Below, piece by piece: positions 9,502 through 17,515 of a stretch of 23,910 nt of DNA. The notes under the pieces were generated by a model. The model saw only the letters and a list, made by a program, of their open reading frames with translations, was not told the origin of the DNA and ran no database searches. The translations under genes and the position numbers were made by a program. Source of the stretch: Tubiluchus corallicola (taxonomy: Eukaryota; Animalia; Priapulida). Numbering within the stretch: position 1 is the stretch's first letter; every line of letters begins with the position of its first letter. Where the stretch lies: positions 65,025 to 88,934 of the forward strand of contig JAQGDQ010000742.1 in the NCBI GenBank assembly GCA_030141605.1, given 5' to 3'.

Positions 9502-12500
9502 TTAGAATTGTACATTCAAGCTGGCGCCAAATGTTCTTCTCGATGGTAAGGAGCCATACTCCAATCCTTGACCATTTCCATTATTATAGTTCGATTCGGG
9601 ATCAATATTATCTAAACTGGAATAAACTAACCACAAGTTACGAGCATAAACCGATAATGAAGCCCCAATAAAAGGCGTCCTATTTAATAATTCAGGGCTG
9701 AATGAGTAGCTCAAAGTAAGCTCTCTAAGCTTAATAAATGAAGCATCCTCAATAAATGGCTCCGGTGACCCTTCCATAAAGACGTTCCAGTAGGTTTGGG
9801 GGTTAACCATCACATTATTTTCTTCATACACGGGATTCTCTTCTGTACCTGTGTTTATAACCCCTTTACCGATGTACCCGCCTGTAGGAATCCAATCTCC
9901 TTCGCTAATACCTGCTGCTTTACGTTGCTCCTCTGAGGCATACCAACCTGCACGACCCTCAAGTGTATGCTCAGAAGTACCATTTATATGTGCAAATAAA
10001 TTACTCATAGAGTAGATTTCAGCCCCCCATTTGACATCAAAAAGAAAGCCCAAGGTAAACTCTTTGTAATTTAAAATATTTGAGAAACCACCAGTCCAGT
10101 TATGAACCCCGTTTCCTAAAACCTCAGCTTCCTCACCGAATTGAGGAAGACCATTAGCCCCATGAATCACATTTCCATTGGGATCCCGTAACATTTTTTT
10201 ACCCACAATAACACCATAAGCCTCACCTTCACTAGCTTTAATAAAAGCACCGGCCCAGCGGGCTGAAGCTAACTCATATTCTGTGACATCGGGGTGTAAA
10301 GCCACCACTTCATTGACGTTTTTAGCATAGTTCACGTTAACATCCCAACTAAAGTCTTTCACTGTAATAAGGTTGGCAGATAACATTAGCTCAACACCCT
10401 TGTTCCCAATTTCACCCGCATTAACAATTGCGCTACTATAACCGGTAGTTTTTGAAATTGGTAATGATAGAATCTGGTCTTTTGTTGACTGCTGATAATA
10501 GGTCACATCCAAACCCACTCTATTATTCAAGAAACGCACATCAGCACCAATCTCCCAACTGTATGTACGAGTTGGTTTAAGCGCTTGTTTTGGAATACTG
10601 TTTGAGCTTATTTGCCCCAATGGTAAATCAAGAAATGAGTAGGGCAACAGCCCATAACTTAAACTCAACTGGTAAGGGCTGGTATCGCCACCTACTTCTG
10701 CCCAAGACACCCTAGCTTTCCCAAATGATATTAATGAATTGTCTTTCAACAGCTCACTAAAAACAAAGCTACCTGATACGGATGGGTACATATACGAGTT
10801 ATACTCGCTGCTCAGGGATGAAGACCAGTCATTCCGTAGTGTAAAATCAAGATACACCATGCTATTATACCCTAAATTGACGGCTCCGTACACCGAATTA
10901 ACTTGCTTTTCTACAAAGCTATAAGTCAACTCTTTCTGCACATAGTTCCCGATGTTTTTCACATCAGGAATCACCTCTGTATTGCCTTCGTTATGAAAGG
11001 TCTCACCCTTACGGTACATAATATTTCCACCCACAAATGCCGATACATCCAAGTTATCATATAGTTTTTTATTGAAACGTATAATTGTCTCTGCATTGGT
11101 TTCTGAATTATTAACAGATAGTTCGCTCATGCCACCACCTGGATTAATAGGTGTACTCCTGGGTGCAAAATCAGTTAGCCTAAACGAGTAAAAGTCAGTG
11201 CCTCCTTTTACATGCATACTCAAATAGGAGGTAAAATCAAACTTTAATTGTACATGCCCCATTACTCTTTGCTTACGAGAGTCGTTGCTCATTTCGTTAA
11301 GCGACCAATAGGGATTTATACGATATATATTACCACCATTCCAGTCAATATAGCGCCCCTCGTCATCTTTATAGTTTTCGCTCAACCAGCTTTGATGAAA
11401 GTTTGGTGCAATACCAATTAAGCTCAGGCCAACGTTATTGGGACTATCACTCAATGCCGGACGATTGTTAACATTTTCTATGGTATAGTTTACACGTGCA
11501 TCGAATGATATCAACTTGCTCAACTGCGCGTCCCCCTTAATCATGAACGATGATCTCGACATATCAGAATTAGGAACTATATCAGTATTCTGCATATTAG
11601 ACATTGATAAGCGAATATTCGACTTATCGCCAGTTGATGTAAGTGATGCTGCATTATTAACCGTCAGACCGGTACGAAAGAAACTCAATATGTTATCTTG
11701 CTGCACGCCATACGGTTTTATTTCTTCATTATAGATCGGCATCATCAAGTTAGGGTCCAACTTTGGTCCCCATGAAGAAGTAGCAGTGCTACGGCTCTCT
11801 TGAGACGTAAGTGGCAATTCACCATTTCGTCCCTGTCCATATACTCTTTGGTAGTCATCGAAATGGCTAAGGATATTAACCGTATTAATGCTAGAGCTTA
11901 TCTCAACACCAATCCCCTTTTTACTGCTCCCAGACTTAGTAGTGATTAATACAACTCCATTTGAGGCTCGCGAACCGTACAGTGCTGCCGCAGAAGGTCC
12001 TTTTAATACCGAAATAGACTCAATATCATCAGGGTTAATACTTGATAATCCATCGCCAAAATCATATCCCCCCCACTTACCGGCGCCTCCCAACTGTGTA
12101 TTATCCATGGGTACACCATCAATAACGTAGAGTGGATTGTTATTTCCTGAGAGTTGAGAGTTACCACGAATAAGCATGCGCGTTGACCCTGAAGGGCCAG
12201 CACTAGTAGAGGAAATATCTACTCCCGCCATACGACCTGAAAGCGAACTCATCACATTTAGATCTTTGCCTGCAGTCACAACATCACCTTTCACTTCAGC
12301 TATCGCATACCCTAACGCTTTAGCTTCCTTACGAATACCCAAAGCTGTAATCACAACTTCATCCAGATCGGTTGTCTCTTCCACCAATGTTATATTGATC
12401 ACGGCACGCCCGCCCACTTGAACATCTTGCTTTTTAAATCCAATAAAGGAGAAAGTCAATACTGCATCATCTGCATTGACCACAATTGTATAAAAACCGT

Positions 12501-12999
12501 CAACGTCACAAGTAACACCGGTGATTGGATTGCTTTTATCAAACACATTAACACCTGGCAGCGGCTCACCTCTCGCATCAGTAATCTTACCCTTAACTGT
12601 TATTTCTTGTGGTTGTGAATTATCCTTTGCATCGAATTCCGTTTTAGGAACAATTGTTACGTAATTATCAACTATGCGGTAAGATAAATCACTCCCTTCC
12701 AAAACTTTATCTAACAATTCCGGAACGGAAAGAGCCTGAAACTTGCCGGATATTGTGTGTTCTGAGAGACATTCATCTGACCTGTAATAATAGAAGTCAG
12801 ACTCTTTCTCTATTTGATCCAGTACCTCTTTGATGGTGGCATTTTTTACATTGATCGTCAATTTTGAACTATGATCCAAGGCTTTAACTGCTCCGGCACT
12901 CATGACGCTTACCATTATAAGAGATAGAGTCAGTCTCATTATTAGCCATGCTTCTTTACTTTGTCCAATAAAGGACGAGCCTAATTTGTTTTTTTTCAT
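9502..12999 (-). CDS. susC: SusC/RagA TonB-dependent transporter with N-terminal STN (signalling) extension
   Basis: Long signal region, STN-like domain (LTINVKNATIKEVLDQIEKES...LDKVLEGSDLSYRIVDNYVTI), CarboxypepD_reg-like domain, plug (DDIESISVLKGPSAAALYGSRASNGVVLITTKSG), C-terminal GASLNVQF. Confidence 0.95.
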   Translation of the reverse strand: MKKNKLGSSFIGQSKEAWLIMRLTLSLIMVSVMSAGAVKALDHSSKLTINVKNATIKEVLDQIEKESDFYYYRSDECLSEHTISGKFQALSVPELLDKVLEGSDLSYRIVDNYVTIVPKTEFDAKDNSQPQEITVKGKITDARGEPLPGVNVFDKSNPITGVTCDVDGFYTIVVNADDAVLTFSFIGFKKQDVQVGGRAVINITLVEETTDLDEVVITALGIRKEAKALGYAIAEVKGDVVTAGKDLNVMSSLSGRMAGVDISSTSAGPSGSTRMLIRGNSQLSGNNNPLYVIDGVPMDNTQLGGAGKWGGYDFGDGLSSINPDDIESISVLKGPSAAALYGSRASNGVVLITTKSGSSKKGIGVEISSSINTVNILSHFDDYQRVYGQGRNGELPLTSQESRSTATSSWGPKLDPNLMMPIYNEEIKPYGVQQDNILSFFRTGLTVNNAASLTSTGDKSNIRLSMSNMQNTDIVPNSDMSRSSFMIKGDAQLSKLISFDARVNYTIENVNNRPALSDSPNNVGLSLIGIAPNFHQSWLSENYKDDEGRYIDWNGGNIYRINPYWSLNEMSNDSRKQRVMGHVQLKFDFTSYLSMHVKGGTDFYSFRLTDFAPRSTPINPGGGMSELSVNNSETNAETIIRFNKKLYDNLDVSAFVGGNIMYRKGETFHNEGNTEVIPDVKNIGNYVQKELTYSFVEKQVNSVYGAVNLGYNSMVYLDFTLRNDWSSSLSSEYNSYMYPSVSGSFVFSELLKDNSLISFGKARVSWAEVGGDTSPYQLSLSYGLLPYSFLDLPLGQISSNSIPKQALKPTRTYSWEIGADVRFLNNRVGLDVTYYQQSTKDQILSLPISKTTGYSSAIVNAGEIGNKGVELMLSANLITVKDFSWDVNVNYAKNVNEVVALHPDVTEYELASARWAGAFIKASEGEAYGVIVGKKMLRDPNGNVIHGANGLPQFGEEAEVLGNGVHNWTGGFSNILNYKEFTLGFLFDVKWGAEIYSMSNLFAHINGTSEHTLEGRAGWYASEEQRKAAGISEGDWIPTGGYIGKGVINTGTEENPVYEENNVMVNPQTYWNVFMEGSPEPFIEDASFIKLRELTLSYSFSPELLNRTPFIGASLSVYARNLWLVYSSLDNIDPESNYNNGNGQGLEYGSLPSRRTFGASLNVQF

Positions 13000-13199
13000 A
13001 ACGTTCGTAGCGTTACTAATTAATATTTATTCCATTGGGTGTATTTCATTTCAGCTCTGAAAATACGATGGTATTTGAAGAGCTTTTACGAAACATCAGA
13101 AAACAGATGCTCTATTTCCCATTTTTTTTATGATGTATTCAAATCCATTTTTATCTCTAGTTTGATGGCTCCTACTTTTTTTCTTATCTCTATGATACT

Positions 13200-13663
13200 A
13201 AATAGCGTAGTCGATCTGGCAGCCCATTATTCTCATCACAGCCAGAGTCTGATCAACCGGTTTATTTTCACAAACTGTTTGCCTGTAAACTCCTTTATTC
13301 TCATAGTACCATAACAAACATATGTAAATTTATGGTTATTTGTGTATAATTTCGTAATTAGTTTTTAGGTATTTTTTCTTCATTTCATCAAAATCCTCAT
13401 TGCCAGGGCTATAAATACAACCCGAATAACAAAAACAATCACTTACTTATCGTATTCGACCCAATTTTCTTTATTAAGAAGTCGTTAGTTTCAATAAGGT
13501 TTTCAGAAAGAGGTTTAATCGGTCTGGTTACTGCAAAACCTTTAACATTTTCAATATCCTTAGCCTGTTGTATTGCAAACAAGAATAGTAATTACTGCTA
13601 CGACAAGAGTTAATAGACTAATAAACGGATAAATTCAGAAATGACTTTCTTTATTTTTTCCAT
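13200..13663 (-). pseudogene. Possible decayed ORF (several stops/frameshifts), product unknown
   Basis: ATG at 13663 (MEKIKKVISE...) followed by protein-like segments in shifting frames (PFISLLTLVVAVITI; FAIQQAKDIENVKGFAVTRPIKPLSENLIETNDFLIKKIGSNTISK; SGCIYSPGNEDFDEMKKKYLKTNYEIIHK). No family recognised and the 3' boundary is approximate. Confidence 0.35.
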
Positions 13664-13707
13664 GCTTTTATTTTTTAATTATTATAATAGCTCCATTTTC
13701 TATCAAT

Positions 13708-13842
13708 AAACGTTAGTGGTGGCAATATGCGAAAGCCGGAATTTCAAAGTTCAAGTTTGTTAAGCTATTACTATTTTGAGTAAAAATACGAAAATTTCAT
13801 CTACTACTCCCGGCTTACGTAATACTGCATATTGTGCGCTGA
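13708..13842 (-). repeat. Long imperfect inverted repeat, attC-like hairpin relic
   Basis: Arms GCAATATGCGAAAGCCGG (13722-13739) and CCGGCTTACGTAATACTGC (13810-13828) pair with mismatches and one unpaired base around a ~70-nt AT-rich loop. Minus-strand outer ends read GCGCACAAT... and ...AACGTT. Confidence 0.5.
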
Positions 13843-14094
13843 CCTTGTTCCATTTTATTGTCAATCTGCCCACTAAAACACTATTGCCCACCCTGTACAT
13901 TGAAGCGGGACAGACTTAATGGCTCTCTGGGCACTTTTGAATAGCGGACAAGGAAAGCTTATCCCAGTTCGTAACACTCAAAAATATCATGCTCAGGCAG
14001 AAACGCTCTGAGCACTTCTATACCCGAAGCTACTGTGTAAACACTCGTTATTTATTAATATCCATATCTAGGCATAAGCCATGATCCAGGCCTT

Positions 14095-15744
14095 CTCCTG
14101 TTTTGTGCATTGCAGCACCCAAGTTTATAATTTCATATTTAACAACTTTTTTTGCATTTCAGTTGGCTGTAATATTTTTGTTCTGACTTGTTTCGATTTG
14201 GGCAGAGTGTATTGCAGCTGCCTGATCTGCCGGATTTGTTCCAAGGCTTTTTCAGCAGAGATATCAATATTATTTGCCTTCAATAACCTTTCCAGCTCTT
14301 TGTAAATGGCATAGGCTGTGAAACAAATACAGATATGGGCTTCAATGCGTTCTTTTAAGCGGTGATAAACTGGCCGTATTCGTAAATCAGTTTTTGATAT
14401 ACGAAAAGCTTTTTCCACTTGCCACAACTGACTATAATTCCCGATAACATCTTTTCTCGGTAAATGGGTATTGGTTACATAACCCTTCAACCCATCCCAA
14501 ACTCTATCTGACTGGAACTTATCGTAGTCGATTTTAACGGCAATCTCCCCCGACAGATTCAGATATTTATTATACCCGCGATTATTTATGTGATTCTTTG
14601 TTAGCTTGCCGGAAGCAACACGTTTTTCAAGTCTTTTTAAGCCCTTCTCTCTGTTTTTTTATCGTTGAAGGCTCTTTTTTCTGAGAAGCTGATAATCAAC
14701 CTTCCATTCTTGTTTTTCAACTCAACTGGCTTGTTTTCTTTAATATCAAGAGCTATAATTTTTTCTTTTATTTTTTGACTTTCATTCTTTATCCGTCCTC
14801 CAAGTATGTACTCGTATTTGTTTTCAATCAAGGCATTTATGTTCTTCTGCGAGAGTAAAGCTGCATCGGCAACTACAATAGGCCTTTCGATATTAAATTT
14901 ATTTTGAAAGGCTTCCAGAACAGGGATTAGTGTTTTTGTTTCAGAGGTGTTTCCCTCGAATATTTGATAGCCAATCGGGTATCCATATTTACCCACCAGT
15001 AAACCTATCATTATTTGCGGTTGTTGATGCTTGCCATCTTTGTTGAATCCGGGAATACGGTAGTCATCTTCTTCTGATGCCTCAAAATACAATGTGGTCA
15101 TATCATAAAATGCGACACTTATCTTTCCTTTTAGTAGCTTCCTGGTGTGCTTAAAGGTAAGTTGTTCAATTTGTGGCTTTAAACTTGTATTTAGCTCGTC
15201 AAGGAAACGATAAATAGTGTGTACGCTAACATCTGTATTCAGGTGCTGTCTAAAATAGTCAACGGTTTTTAATTTGCTTCCCGGGTACACTAACCGACAT
15301 AATACCAGGTTGCGAAAATAATTGCAGCACCCATCATCCGGAAAGTTAAAGACTTGATAAATTTTGCCTAAAATTAATTCACTTCCTACAACTTGTAAAT
15401 GATTGTTTGCAATGCTGCCCACAAAGTTTTCAACCACCAAATCATCGTGTTCAACAAAAAGCGATTGCATGCCCCTAAGCCGCTCTATCTCTGTGTTGGC
15501 AAGCAATAAAAGCAATTCTTCTTCCCGCTTTGTTTTTGCGCAACCTACGGTTTTTACAACCTTATATTTACCATGATTTTTTGAGATTATCTGTACACTC
15601 ACAGAACCACTCCGATTCTTATTTTTTCGGACAAACATGCATAAAATTAAGCATGCAGCACCCAAAATGCAAATTTGAAATTCCTATCTTGCTGATAATC
15701 AGTAGTGCATTCTTGGGGCGTCGTTGTGGTGCACAAAACAGGAG
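14095..15744 (-). mobile_element. IS1634-family insertion sequence (~1.65 kb)
   Basis: Perfect 15-bp terminal inverted repeats CTCCTGTTTTGTGCA (14095-14109) and TGCACAAAACAGGAG (15730-15744) enclose a DDE transposase. True ends may be CCTG at 14097 and CAGG at 15742. No flanking direct repeat is visible. Confidence 0.9.
14125..15638 (-). pseudogene. IS1634-family DDE transposase, split by a -1 frameshift at an A7 run (14654-14660)
   Basis: Start MFVRKNKNRSGSVSVQII (ATG 15638). Motifs FYDMTTLYFE, GFNKDGK, FEGNTSE, VVADAALLS. Adding one A restores NDKKNREKGLKRLEKRVASGKLTKNHINNRGYNKYL and joins the downstream ORF (GYVTN...YSQLWQVEKAFRISKTDLRIRPVYHR...RIEAHICICF). Confidence 0.88.
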
Positions 15745-15985
15745 CGGGGTACCTGTTTTGGGCTTCTCTGCGCTTCACAATCCAATTGAAGATTTTGACC
15801 AGATTAGGCACGAAGAGCACAAACACCTGAATGACATTGTAAAGAGAGAGGGAGTTTTTGTTACGTTTGATTTAAAACAAATGGGTGTTGCCGGCGACAA
15901 CTCATGGGGCGCAAGGCCTTATAAACAATACACTTTACCGGCTGATAATTACGAGTTAAGTTTTTGTATCGAACCGGTTTTTTAG
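15743..15985 (+). pseudogene. C-terminal remnant of a GH2 (LacZ-type) beta-galactosidase, truncated by the IS
   Basis: Translation GVPVLGFSAL...HKHLNDI...VTFDLKQMGVAGDNSWGARPYKQYTLP...YELSFCIEPVF* matches the LacZ small-chain C-terminal motif (DxxQMGVxGDxSWG). It begins exactly at the IS end. Confidence 0.85.
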
Positions 15986-16006
15986 GGCTTATATTGAATA
16001 TGTCAA

Positions 16007-16055
16007 TTTGCTTACAAAGCTTTCAATCGGATTTTGTGTGCAAATTGTGTGCAAA
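16007..16055. repeat. Tandem 11-bp repeat TTGTGTGCAAA x2 plus an inverted near-copy; candidate integrase arm-type sites
   Basis: TTGTGTGCAAA at 16034-16044 and 16045-16055. TTTGCTTACAA at 16007-16017 matches the reverse complement at 9/11. All lie within ~100 nt of the tRNA 3' end. Confidence 0.6.
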
Positions 16056-16056
16056 C

Positions 16057-16102
16057 AAAAAAATGAAGCAACTTTAGAAAATGTCGTAAGTGCTTCATTT
16101 TT
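16057..16102 (-). terminator. Hairpin downstream of the tRNA (probable terminator)
   Basis: AAAAATGAAGCA (16059-16070) pairs with TGCTTCATTTTT (16091-16102), with a T-rich tail on the minus strand. Confidence 0.6.
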
Positions 16103-16108
16103 AATTTG

Positions 16109-16182
16109 TGGGCCCACCTGGGCTTGAACCAGGGACCCCCTGATTATGAGTCAGGTGCTCTAACCAACTGAGCTATGGGCCC
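16109..16182 (-). tRNA. tRNA-Ile2 (anticodon CAT, lysidine-modified type); CCA not encoded
   Basis: Reverse complement GGGCCCATAGCTCAGTTGGTTAGAGCACCTGACTCATAATCAGGGGGTCCCTGGTTCAAGCCCAGGTGGGCCCA folds as a cloverleaf with anticodon CAT. The paired G1-C72 and absence of the three G-C anticodon-stem pairs argue against fMet, and the GACTCATAATC arm resembles Ile2. Elongator Met is not fully excluded. Confidence 0.9.
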
Positions 16183-16208
16183 TGAAATCACATGCGGATT
16201 CCGAACTG

Positions 16209-16240
16209 CAATTTTAAGTATTTAAATGAAGATAGACAAA
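16209..16240 (-). promoter_or_regulatory. Putative Bacteroidota sigma-A promoter for the tRNA
   Basis: Minus strand TTTG - 20 nt - TAAAATTG, one mismatch to the -33 TTTG / -7 TAnnTTTG consensus, ending ~26 nt upstream of the tRNA. Confidence 0.5.
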
Positions 16241-16308
16241 TGCTTTGCTTAATTATATTCTTTTTACTTCTATTATTGACAAAAAACAGGCTAAACTCTG
16301 CACTCAGA

Positions 16309-17424
16309 CTAAATACTTTTATCAGCAAATAGCTTGGAGATCCCTTCTTTTGTTGCTTCACACACTCCTATCTCTGTTATTAAACCAGTCACATACTTTG
16401 CAGGAGTAACATCAAAGCCATAATTCACCACACTACTCTCCTCCATCATTATCCTTACAGAGGATATTTCATTTTTCTCAGAAATGCCTTCCATATACGC
16501 TATCTCTGATGCATCACGCTGCTCAATAGGTATCTGGGTGATTCCGTCTGTTAATGTAAAATCTATTGTCGAAGATGGAAGTGCGACATAAAAAGGAATG
16601 CCATTGTCATAAGCTGCCAGAGCCTTAAGATATGTTCCTATCTTATTTGCTACATCACCGATATACGTAGTGCAGTCGCTACCCACTATACACACATCAA
16701 CCATTCCTCGCTGCATAAGGTGCCCTCCTGCATTATCAGGTATTATTGTGTATGGAACTCCCTCCTGTTGCAGTTCCCACGCTGTGAGGCGCGCTCCCTG
16801 ATTCCTCGGCCTTGTCTCATCTACCCACACATGCACAGGTATACCCTTATTATTAGCTTCATATATAGGTGCGATTGCCGTACCCCAATCAATACAGGCC
16901 AACCACCCTGCATTACAATGTGTAAGTATATTTACTGCTCTACCTTCCCCTTTTTTGTAAATATCCTCAACTATACCGCATCCCTGCTCACCTATTGCTT
17001 TCGACCGCCATGCCTCCCTCTCCTTTAGCTCACCAGCTTTTGCCAAAGCAACACTCAAGGCCTCCTCTTTTGAACTACAACCTATCAGGCTACCCACCAT
17101 TTCATCAACTAAAACTGAAAGATTTATTGCCGTTGGCCGGGCAGACTTGATATGCTCCGATGCTTCCCTTATATGTCTTTGTAAACCACCCGCTTTGCCG
17201 GAATAGCCCAGAAGAGACAGATATATAGCATATGCCCCCGCAACTCCTATAAGGGGCGCACCTCTTATAACCATATCCTTAATAGCATAAAACGCATCAT
17301 CAAAGGTTTTCAAATCTGCAACTATAAAACGAAATGGCAACTCTCTCTGATCAATAACCTGAATTATCCGATCATCTTCAGGATGAACCCATATAGTGGT
17401 AAAATAACGATTATTTACCTTCAT
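16309..17424 (-). CDS. mtnA: S-methyl-5-thioribose-1-phosphate isomerase
   Basis: IDQRELP, MVIRGAPLIG, ARPTAINL, LTHCNAGWLA, DETRPRNQGARLTAWEL, GDVANKIGTY, FDVTP, ITEIG. Confidence 0.95.
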   Translation of the reverse strand: MKVNNRYFTTIWVHPEDDRIIQVIDQRELPFRFIVADLKTFDDAFYAIKDMVIRGAPLIGVAGAYAIYLSLLGYSGKAGGLQRHIREASEHIKSARPTAINLSVLVDEMVGSLIGCSSKEEALSVALAKAGELKEREAWRSKAIGEQGCGIVEDIYKKGEGRAVNILTHCNAGWLACIDWGTAIAPIYEANNKGIPVHVWVDETRPRNQGARLTAWELQQEGVPYTIIPDNAGGHLMQRGMVDVCIVGSDCTTYIGDVANKIGTYLKALAAYDNGIPFYVALPSSTIDFTLTDGITQIPIEQRDASEIAYMEGISEKNEISSVRIMMEESSVVNYGFDVTPAKYVTGLITEIGVCEATKEGISKLFADKSI

Positions 17425-17461
17425 TAACTAACATGCACTGAATGAATTTTAAATATGGCAC

Positions 17462-17499
17462 AAAAAAGATTCCTCCTCAAAATAGAGGCGGAATCTTTT
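17462..17499 (-). terminator. Rho-independent terminator after the oxidoreductase/isomerase operon
   Basis: Minus strand AAAAGATTCCGCCTC-TATTTT-GAGGAGGAATCTTTTTT, a hairpin plus U-tract just after the 17516 stop. Confidence 0.8.
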
Positions 17500-17515
17500 A
17501 CAGTATATTATTATA

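Noticed and set aside
9486-9515. Apparent susC/susD overlap
   Set aside because: Artefact of longest-ORF calling; the ATG at 9485 gives a normal lipoprotein signal peptide.
13039-13314. 91-aa plus-strand ORF upstream of susC
   Set aside because: No recognisable motif, and its F/S/I-rich composition is typical of antisense AT-rich DNA. The minus strand looks more coding-like.
13384-13401. TTCATCAAAATCCTCATT resembling the reverse complement of the MITE core
   Set aside because: Only ~18 AT-rich nt with no TIRs nearby; it may simply be part of the decayed ORF.
14045-14096. Short minus-strand frame EGLDHGLCLDMDINK* starting at the IS end, as a second truncated gene
   Set aside because: Too short to assign; no recognisable family.
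15530-15985. 151-aa plus-strand ORF as a real gene
   Set aside because: It is a chimera: the first ~70 codons are antisense IS sequence and only the part after 15743 is beta-galactosidase-derived. It lacks any catalytic domain.
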